The notes below the pieces were generated by a model, which was not told the origin of the DNA, did not search any database, and was given only the letters and a program-made list of their open reading frames with translations. From the NCBI GenBank assembly GCA_028686345.1, contig JAQUCE010000012.1, positions 886 through 64,885 on the forward strand: DNA of 64,000 bases, given 5' to 3'. Source of the stretch: Kiritimatiellia bacterium. GTDB taxonomy: Bacteria; Verrucomicrobiota; Kiritimatiellia; RFP12; UBA1067. Made by a program: the position numbers and the translations under genes. Below are positions 8,377-16,600 of this stretch, one piece after another. The number at the start of each line of letters is the position of its first letter. Positions within the stretch are counted from its first letter, which is position 1.

Positions 8377-9255
8377 TTGAACATGAAGAACATACTCATT
8401 GACCCGGCCAACAATCGCAAGATCGTTGATTTCCGCAGGCGCGGTTTTAAGGATGTATTGGCATTGGGACGTTACAGCTATGCCCAGGCGCATGCACCGT
8501 TGAAAGAGCACACGCACGGGGATATGTTTGAGATCTGCTATCTGGAAGAGGGGGCTCAGAGTTACGAGGTGGAGGGCGAGAGCTTTACTTTAAAAGGCGG
8601 CGATATTTTTGTCACCTTCCCGCACGAGGCGCATGGCTCCGGGGGGACACCTCTCAACCGCGGCCGACTCTACTGGATGCTGATCGCCGTGCCTGCCAAG
8701 CGGGAGCGATTTTTGAACCTGCCGCCAGGAGAGGGACAGGAGCTGGTCAGCCGCCTGCTCAGCATCCCCAGTCGCCACTTCAAAGGTGGTGCACAGCTCA
8801 AAACCCTGCTGGAACAGATTCTGAAAGTCCATGATGAGTGCGGGAGCGGGCTGCAATCAGCGAATATCAAAAACTGGATGCTGCGCTTTCTGCTGGACGT
8901 TCTGGAGCTGGCCGAACTGCATGGCCGCAACGCTATTTCGCCGGCAATTGCCGGGGTGTTGCGGTATATTGAGGGGCATGTCGAAGAGGTGCCGCCGCCT
9001 ATGGCCGAGTTGGCCCTGATGGCCAACCTTTCGGTATCCCGGTTCAAGGCGCGCTTCAAAGAGGAGAGCGGTATGTCACCGGGCAGCTACATTAACCTGC
9101 AAAAGATAGAGCTGGCAAAAAAATATTTAAAAGAGGGCGCACTTTCAATCACGGAGATCGCCTATCAGCTCGGGTTTTCTTCCAGTCAGTATTTCGCCAC
9201 GGTCTTCAAACGCCACACCACTATGCAGCCCCTTGAGTGGCGCGCCAGGGGATGA
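8377..9255 (+). CDS. AraC family transcriptional regulator (cupin sensor + HTH)
   Basis: 292 aa. Cupin-like N-domain (GDIFVTFPHEAHGSGG) and a C-terminal AraC HTH (ITEIAYQLGFSSSQYFATVFKRHTTMQP). Divergent from the oxidoreductase/URO-D cluster. Confidence 0.9.
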   Translation: MNMKNILIDPANNRKIVDFRRRGFKDVLALGRYSYAQAHAPLKEHTHGDMFEICYLEEGAQSYEVEGESFTLKGGDIFVTFPHEAHGSGGTPLNRGRLYWMLIAVPAKRERFLNLPPGEGQELVSRLLSIPSRHFKGGAQLKTLLEQILKVHDECGSGLQSANIKNWMLRFLLDVLELAELHGRNAISPAIAGVLRYIEGHVEEVPPPMAELALMANLSVSRFKARFKEESGMSPGSYINLQKIELAKKYLKEGALSITEIAYQLGFSSSQYFATVFKRHTTMQPLEWRARG

Positions 9256-9419
9256 TTTTCCCCAATGATAATCCTAACCGAAAACGCCTGATCACTGAAC
9301 ATAGGGGGTCAAGATGGTTGCACTTTAATTTTTGACCTTAAAATTTTTCCTCGCAGAGCAGCGGAGTTGAAGAATTCGACAAACTAATTTAGCCGGTAAG
9401 CCCAACTGCAACTCCGCAC

Positions 9420-10325
9420 TTGCGACAACCAATGCTCTTTATGTATCATACGGCAATGACAGATCAACTCACAAATCAAGAGCTGCAGTTTTTTATTTTG
9501 ATGTTCGCGCTTTTCTCCACCTTTTTTGGAGCCTGCGTCGGCAGTTTTCTCAATGTATGCATCTACCGTATACCGCGTGATGAGTCGGTGATCAAGCCCC
9601 GCTCGCACTGTCCGCACTGCGGTATGCTGATCCCCTGGTATCTGAACATCCCTGTTTTAAGCTGGATCGCGCTACGCGGCAAATGCGCGCAATGCAAGGG
9701 CAGGATCGCGTTTCGCTACACCCTGGTGGAGCTGCTGACCGCCATGCTCTTTCTAACGGTTTATATGGCCTGGGCCATGCCAGCTCAGATGCCGGTGCAG
9801 CCTATCGCCCATTTTGCTTTGGTGCCCATCTACTGGCTGATTCTGGGCGGTTTTGTCCTGGGCACCTTTGTGGATTTTGAGCACTTCATCATCCCTGATT
9901 CAGTGACCATTGGCGGCATGATTGCCGGGCCGATTCTGAGCGTGCTCTACCCCATACTGCATAGCCAGGAGATCTGGTGGCGCGGATTGATGAGTTCCTC
10001 AATCGGGCTGTTGGCTGGTTTCGGTATCCTGTTTGCAATCGCGGAGCTCGGCACTTGGGCGTTCAAAAAGGAGGCCATGGGTTTTGGCGATGTCAAACTC
10101 ATGGGCGCCATTGGCGCGTTTTTAGGCTGGAAGGCGGTGCTCTTCACTGTTTTCGCCTCAGCAACTCTGGGCAGCATTGTGGGCATCGCCCTGATACTCT
10201 CCGGCAAAGCCGAAAAGCAGAGCCAGATACCCTTTGGCCCCTACATCTGCGCGGGTGCCACAATCTGGATGTTCTGGGGCCAACAGATCTTTGAGAGTTA
10301 TATGAAACTCGTGATGCGGGGGTAA
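9420..10325 (+). CDS. A24 family prepilin peptidase / N-methyltransferase
   Basis: Motifs GSFLNVCIYRIP, the zinc tetrad CPHCG...CAQCKG, and GFGDVKLMGAIGAFLGW. The start is uncertain (TTG 9420; ATGs at 9432, 9441, 9456). No other pilus genes are adjacent. Confidence 0.9.
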   Translation: MRQPMLFMYHTAMTDQLTNQELQFFILMFALFSTFFGACVGSFLNVCIYRIPRDESVIKPRSHCPHCGMLIPWYLNIPVLSWIALRGKCAQCKGRIAFRYTLVELLTAMLFLTVYMAWAMPAQMPVQPIAHFALVPIYWLILGGFVLGTFVDFEHFIIPDSVTIGGMIAGPILSVLYPILHSQEIWWRGLMSSSIGLLAGFGILFAIAELGTWAFKKEAMGFGDVKLMGAIGAFLGWKAVLFTVFASATLGSIVGIALILSGKAEKQSQIPFGPYICAGATIWMFWGQQIFESYMKLVMRG

Positions 10326-10392
10326 GAGACAGGAGTCAGGAGTCAGGAGACAGGAGACAGGAGTCAGGAGTCAGGAGACAGGAGACAGGTGT
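10326..10392 (+). repeat. heptamer tandem array (G[AT]CAGGA)x9 with 28-bp higher-order period
   Basis: GAGACAGGAGTCAGGAGTCAGGAGACAGGAGACAGGAGTCAGGAGTCAGGAGACAGGAGACAGGTGTC lies immediately after the prepilin peptidase stop. Confidence 0.9.
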
Positions 10393-10437
10393 CCCGTCCT
10401 ATGATAGGTTGTCACTTTAAAAAGAAGCAACAAGGAA

Positions 10438-10818
10438 ATGAAGAAAAAAGTGACAACTTTAAATCAGGACTGGACAGTTTTCATCTACGAGAAGACGGAT
10501 GACGATGATACCCGCACAGGACGACTGAATATTCTCCATACGGTATTCGTTGATCGCTCAAGGGCCGCAGATTTTCAGACAACATCCGGTCTCTTACGCA
10601 TAATTCAAAACGACGGAAATCTCGATGATATTTTGGCTTTTTTTAGTGAACGCATGCTCCCACTCGATGAGATTCAGGCTCAGACTCTCGCGAAAGAAGT
10701 GCTTGCAAATCCCCCGGGGATTGGCTATTTTACTATTTCAAACGCCTTACAATGGCGGTTACAATACAGCCGAGTGATTCAGCAGGCTGGGACTATTTCT
10801 GGTATCGAGGCACTATGA
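10438..10818 (+). CDS. hypothetical protein (126 aa), AT-rich islet
   Basis: ATG-started ORF with no family I recognise. Its TGA overlaps the ATG of the next ORF (ATGA at 10815-10818). It is visibly more AT-rich than the flanks. Confidence 0.5.
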   Translation: MKKKVTTLNQDWTVFIYEKTDDDDTRTGRLNILHTVFVDRSRAADFQTTSGLLRIIQNDGNLDDILAFFSERMLPLDEIQAQTLAKEVLANPPGIGYFTISNALQWRLQYSRVIQQAGTISGIEAL

Positions 10819-11624
10819 GCGTAAAAAAGGAATTCGGAGATTTTCAGACTCCAGAGAGCCTGGCTACAAGGGTAGTTACCCTCGTAGCCAGTCTTTATGC
10901 TCCTCCAAATTTGGTAGTTGAGCCTACGGCAGGGTTGGGAGCATTTCTTAAATCATCCGCAGAACACTGGCGCGACAGCTCCACATCTGAGGGCTACGAA
11001 ATCAACCAGGACTACGTCGAAGCTGCCAGATCTAATCTAAGTTCACTCGGTGTGAAGATCGTTCATCGAGACTTCTTTACCGAAGACTGGAAGAGCAACC
11101 TCTCAAAAACAGAAAAACCACGAGTTCTTGTTATCGGTAATCCACCGTGGGTCACAAACTCTGAGCTTGGACAACTGGGGAGCAACAATCTCCCTCAAAA
11201 AACTAATTTTCAGGGCTTGCGTGGATTTGACGCAAAAACAGGCAAGTCAAATTTTGATATTGCAGGTGATGCTTGCTTGTTTTATGTCACCGGAGCACGA
11301 ACAGATGATAGGGTGGCAACAGTTTATACAGATCTTAGTATTTCTTCGGATGCTACTAAATTTGGCTTCATTTATGGCGACTTAGTCTCTGATATTGACA
11401 GCTATCAGGCACACCGCAATCTGGATGGAGTTTCCTCGGTTTATACTTGGCGTTCAGGTGTTAAGCATGACGCAGCCAAGGTGGTGGAGTTTTCAAGGCA
11501 AGACGGTCAGTTGATTAATGGGTATGGGGAATTAATCGAAATCGAGGACGATTATGTATTTCCGTTGCTAAAGTCATCTGACCTTGGCAACGGTCGTGTG
11601 ATTATCCGCAAGTCGGTGTTATAA
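10815..11624 (+). pseudogene. degraded N6-adenine DNA methyltransferase (NPPW class), internally deleted and C-terminally truncated
   Basis: Contains FGDFQTPESLA, SAM motif I VVEPTAGLGAF and motif IV VIGNPPWV. The region after KSNFDIA looks collapsed, and the ORF ends only 7 bp before the next gene, so the usual C-terminal ~100 aa are missing (judged from memory of the family). Confidence 0.55.
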
Positions 11625-11631
11625 ACAACAA

Positions 11632-12192
11632 ATGAAAATAATAAAAAGATATTTAAGTGCTGAGGAGTACCACCTGGATAGCTTCCGGCTGGGGCGCATG
11701 ATTATCGACAGCGGCTGGGTGCCGGATGACATGATCGCACTCTGGCGCGGCGGTGCGCCGGTGGGGGTCATTGTCCATGAGTTTTTGCACTACCACGGCT
11801 TCCGCCCGCGCCACCGCGCACTCAAATGCCAATCCTACACTGGCATCAAAGCGCACACCCCGGAGGTCTTTTTTGAGAATGCCGATGAAATCTTCAACTC
11901 TATCATTCCGGGTTCCAGGGTACTGATTGTAGATGATGTGTTCGACACCGGCAACACGGCGCAAGCAGTGGTGCAAAGGCTTGCGCCCTTTAAGCTGGAT
12001 CTGAAATTCGCCACCGTCTTCTGGAAACCAGAGCAAAACCAAACCGAGCTGCAACCCGATTTCTATGTTGTTAAAACAGACCAATGGATTGTCTTCCCAC
12101 ATGAACTTGATGGTTTGACAAAACAGGAGGTCAAACTAAAACACCCGGCCATCTATGATTTACTGGTGATGGACCTATTGCAAAAAAGGTAA
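11632..12192 (+). CDS. phosphoribosyltransferase family protein (purine PRT-like)
   Basis: 186 aa with the PRPP-binding loop VLIVDDVFDTGNT. Confidence 0.85.
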   Translation: MKIIKRYLSAEEYHLDSFRLGRMIIDSGWVPDDMIALWRGGAPVGVIVHEFLHYHGFRPRHRALKCQSYTGIKAHTPEVFFENADEIFNSIIPGSRVLIVDDVFDTGNTAQAVVQRLAPFKLDLKFATVFWKPEQNQTELQPDFYVVKTDQWIVFPHELDGLTKQEVKLKHPAIYDLLVMDLLQKR

Positions 12193-12197
12193 TAACG

Positions 12198-13529
12198 ATG
12201 AGTGAACACGTTGTCCAACTTGACCATTTTGATTTCAACCGCCGCATGACCGCCCTGCGGGCAGCGGCGGCCACAGCTGAGTTTCCACCGGCCAGCACGC
12301 TTGTCAACATGCACTGCCACTCTTTCTTTTCCTACAACAGCGAAGGGTGGTCGCCCGCACACATTGCTTTCAGCTGCGCGCAGAGAGGACTTTACGCGGC
12401 GGCCCTGTGTGATTTTGACGTGCTGGATGGGCTGGAGGAATTTTATCAGGCAGCTCAGCTGCTCGGCCTGCGCGCAGCTGTGCACCTGGAAACGCGGGCA
12501 TATGTCAAAGAGCAAGCGCAGATTGACATCAGCTCCCCGGGCGAGCCGGGCGTGGCCTATATCATGGGCTGCGGCTTCACCTATCCGCCTGCGCCGCAAA
12601 GCTCAGCCGGCAAAACCCTGGCCATGTTGCGCCAGGGCGCTCAGGATCGTAATCTGGCCCTCATCGCCCGCATCAACCATGCCCTGCCAGCAATTGCAGT
12701 TAATTATCAAACTGATGTGGTTCCTCTGACTCCGAAAGGGGTGGCCACCGAGCGACACATTATGCAGGCCTACCGAATGCGGGCCAAAACAATTTTCCCG
12801 ACCAGCGCGGCACGCGCGGCCTTCTGGTCCCCCCTGCTGGGCTGCTCTGTAACAGAGTTCGCGGCGGTTGAGGCGAACACACCTAAGTTCGAGGATCTGA
12901 TCCGCAACGCGCTGGCCAAACGCGGCGGTATTGGCTACATTCAACCAACTGAACAGACCTTCCCGCTGGCAGACGACTTTATCAACTGGGTCAAAAATTG
13001 CGACGCCATACCGACAATCGCCTGGCTGGATGGAACCAGCGACGGCGAAGCAGATGCCGAGCAACTTGTGGAGCTGATGACCGGCAAAGGCTGCGCGGCA
13101 CTGAACATTATCCCTGACCGCAACTGGAACATCAAAGACAGCGCCACAGCTGCGCTCAAACAAAAAAAATTGAACGAGATTATTCAGGCTTGCGTGAAGC
13201 GCGATATTCCAATTAATATCGGTACCGAGATGAACAAGGGCGGCCTGCCTTTTGTCGATGATATCACCGGAGCCGTGCTCAAGCAGTATGCGGATATATT
13301 CACAGCCGGCGCTGAGATCATGGTCGGCCACACAGTTCTGACACGCTATGCCGCCATGCCCTACACAGGTCAGCGGGCTGCCGAGGAGTTTCGCAGCGTT
13401 AAGGCGCGCAACGCCTTCTTTGCCGCAGTCGGCGCATTGCCCCCATTGACCGCAGGCGCCAGCGATGAATTGCTGGCCGCTACCCCTGAGGCTGCGTACA
13501 GTAAACTGAAAGACCGGACAGGCCTCTGA
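12198..13529 (+). CDS. PHP-domain metal-dependent phosphoesterase-like protein
   Basis: 443 aa with an N-terminal NMHCHSFFSYNSEGWSP (PHP H-x-H signature). Starts 5 bp after the PRT gene, so probably co-transcribed. Confidence 0.7.
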   Translation: MSEHVVQLDHFDFNRRMTALRAAAATAEFPPASTLVNMHCHSFFSYNSEGWSPAHIAFSCAQRGLYAAALCDFDVLDGLEEFYQAAQLLGLRAAVHLETRAYVKEQAQIDISSPGEPGVAYIMGCGFTYPPAPQSSAGKTLAMLRQGAQDRNLALIARINHALPAIAVNYQTDVVPLTPKGVATERHIMQAYRMRAKTIFPTSAARAAFWSPLLGCSVTEFAAVEANTPKFEDLIRNALAKRGGIGYIQPTEQTFPLADDFINWVKNCDAIPTIAWLDGTSDGEADAEQLVELMTGKGCAALNIIPDRNWNIKDSATAALKQKKLNEIIQACVKRDIPINIGTEMNKGGLPFVDDITGAVLKQYADIFTAGAEIMVGHTVLTRYAAMPYTGQRAAEEFRSVKARNAFFAAVGALPPLTAGASDELLAATPEAAYSKLKDRTGL

Positions 13530-13607
13530 TCTGAAAATAAAGCCGTTGCTTGCATTTAAAAATTTCAGTATAATTTTGTTTATGCGCTATGCCTATTTTA
13601 ATATTAA

Positions 13608-16600
13608 TTGGTTTTGCGTAGCACAGAACAAGAGGCGCTTATCTTACACAAACAACATATAAAATACTCATTGTTGCTCGTTCTGACAGCAGCATCGCTG
13701 TGCTTTTGCAATGCGCAGCTCCCCTTTATCAATGAGGTGGTCAGTGCTGACAACAAGGAGTTTGCCGATGAAGATGGCAGCTTTGAAGACTGGGTTGAAA
13801 TCCACAACCCATCCGGGCAGCCGGTTTCATTGTTGAACTGGTATCTCTCTGATGACCCCTTGTTGCCTGAAAAATGGCAGTTCCCGGCTGTCACGCTCAG
13901 TGCCGGCGGCCACCTGCTGGTCTGGGCCTCCGGCAAGGAGCGCCGTCCACCGGCAAGTGCCCCCAAGGAACCCATGCTCCTGGTAGCTGACAATGCGCTC
14001 TGGCGCTATCGCGACACCGGCCAACCCGCGCCCGCAGATTGGACAACCTCCGCGTTTGACGACAGTGCCTGGCCCTCTGGTCCCGGAATGCTGGGATATG
14101 GCTGCCCCTCTGTGGCAACGACCCTCAGCTATGGCGGAAACTATTGGAATAAGCATATTACCTCTTACCTGCGGCACACGTTCAATCTCACACTGGCAGC
14201 CGGGGAGGTCAAAGATACCGGAACCATCAAACTGTGGGTGGATGACGGTGCCGTTGTCTACCTCAATGGCATCGAGATTTTAAGGGTGCGCATGCCAGCC
14301 GGCGCTGTTAATTACCAAACCCCTGCCTCAACTCTTGTGAACAGTAATGGCGGGTGGGAAACCTTCACTGTCTCACTGGCTGCACTGCGCCAGGGGCCTA
14401 ATCTCATCGCAGCCGAGGTTCATCAGTTCAACCAAACCAGCGGGGATCTCTGCTTCTGGTGCGAGGTTCAGGCAATGCCGTCAGATCTGCACACCAACTT
14501 CAAAATCAGCTCCGGCAATGAGCCGGTGCTACTCTCAAATCCGGCGGGTGAGCTAGTTGACACGGCGCCAGCCTGGGGTGTTCCGGAGGGCGCATCAATT
14601 GGCAGGGCCTCCGACATCCGTACCAACAACTGGGTCATTTTCCCTGTGCCAACCCCTGGCACGAACAACGCCGCCTTTGGTTACATCGACATCCTGGAAG
14701 CACCGCAGTTCTCTGTGGCCCCCGGGTTTTATGAGGCCCCGATTTCACTGGCCCTCTCCCACCCGCAGCCAGGGGTTGAGATCTACTACACCACCGACGG
14801 TTCAGCACCCACTAATCAGGTAACCGCCAGCTGCCGCCGCTACATTGAGGCGATCACCCTCACCAACCGCACTCCGGTTGCCAACACCATTGCAATGATC
14901 CGTACCAACCCGCCCGAGATGACAAGCAACACCCAGTACGGATGGTTGGAGCCGGCGGCCAATCTCAGCAAAGGCAACGTCATCCGCGCACAGGCGTTCA
15001 AGGTGGGGCACTACTCACCACAAGCTGCTGCCGGAAGCTGGTTCATCGGGCCTGAAATACTGCAACACTCCCTGCCGGTGATCTCCCTAATCTCGGACAA
15101 CACCAACTTTTTCAGCGATGCCGTTGGACTCTTTGTTCCAGGTGAGATCTACAACAACCTGGGCTGGAACGGCCACGCGGTGGGTGAACCCAATGCCAAC
15201 TACTTTCAACGCGGCGACGAGTGGGAGCGGGCGGTGGTGATGCAGATGTTTGATCAAGACCGCGTCCCGATTTTCACACAAACGCTCGGCATCCGCAATC
15301 ACGGCGGGTGGTCGCGCGCTGCGGCCCAGAAAACTCTGCGCGTCTACGCCCGCTCAGCATACGGTAAAAGTGCGCTGGAAGCCCAGCTTTTTCCAAGCCA
15401 AAGCGACAGCCGCTTCAAGCGCTTTCTGCTGCGCAACAGCGGCAACGACTGGAGCAGCACTGGTTTGCGCGACATGGTCATGCAGCGCATTTTCCGTGAG
15501 GCGGCGCGCACCGACACCCAGGACGGCACTCCAGCGGTGCTCTATGTGAATGGCGAATACTGGGGCATTCAGAACATACGCGAACACTACAGCCAACACT
15601 ACTTTGAGCGCAAGTATAAGGTACTCCCTGAAAACCTGGACTTTGTCAAAGCAATCGCCAACTCTGAGAGTGTGGAGGTTTCCTCGGGCGACGACCTTGA
15701 TTACAGAGAGGTTTTGAACTATATCAAAACCCATAACATGGCGGATGCTGAGCATTACGCCTGGGCTGAGAGCCGCATGGATCTGGACAACATGATCGAC
15801 CACTATGCCTGTGAGATCTACTGCAGTAACAACGACTGGCCCGGCAACAACCTCGGTCTCTGGCGGGAGCGCACCAGCTTCAATCCAGCGGCAGCCCCTG
15901 GCAGGGATGGACGCTGGCGCTGGGCAATGTACGACACAGATCATGGCTTTGGGCTCAACGGCACCGAAACCACAGACATGATGTGGCAGGCGCGCCGCAG
16001 CGGGCGCGGCTTGTGCCAACCGCAGTTTGACCGGCTGCTGGCGAATCCGGATTTTAAGAATCGATTTGTCAACCGCTTTGCGGATCTGATCAACACCGCC
16101 TTCCTGCCAGCGCGGGTGAACACGATTATCGACCAGGCCGCCGCTGCAGTGGAGAGTGAAATCCCGCGCCACATCGAACGTTGGCGGCGCATGGGAAGCC
16201 TCGCCAATTGGCGCGGCAACATTGCCCGCATGAAAACCTTTGCCAACAATCGGCCAACACCGGCCTTGAATAACATCATCAACGAATTCAGCCTGCAAGG
16301 CATATCAGAGTTGACAATTGACATCAGCAATGGCGTCGGTGTTGTCACATGCAACACCATCACCATCAACCAGCAGACCCTTGGCCTCAGCAACCCGGCG
16401 CGTCCCTACCCATGGAGCGGGCGGTATTTCAAAACAATCCCGCTCATGCTGACCGCCACCGCTGACCCGGGCTTCTTTTTCAGCCACTGGCAAACAGCGC
16501 ATGGAGAACTGCCCGACAACCCTCTGATCCTCACCCCCTCCAACAACACCGCGGTCACGGCCGTGTTCCAAGCTGGAGTTGCGCCGCGGGTCGCGATCAA

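Noticed and set aside
10752-10814. Upstream extension of the methyltransferase ORF (track start 10752)
   Set aside because: The extension overlaps the preceding ORF by 67 nt in another frame. The ATG at 10815 gives the family-typical N-terminus (MSVKKEFGDFQTPE) and an ATGA stop/start overlap.
15354-16298. Long antisense or alternative-frame ORFs inside large genes (e.g. 15354-16298, 4029-4700, 6141-6878, 20137-20853, 21237-22112, 22278-23021, 42226-42867, 58068-58961, 60550-61182)
   Set aside because: These are typical shadow ORFs of GC-rich coding regions. Their composition is Arg/Ala/Gly-rich and low-complexity with no motifs, and the overlapping frame has a clear family assignment.
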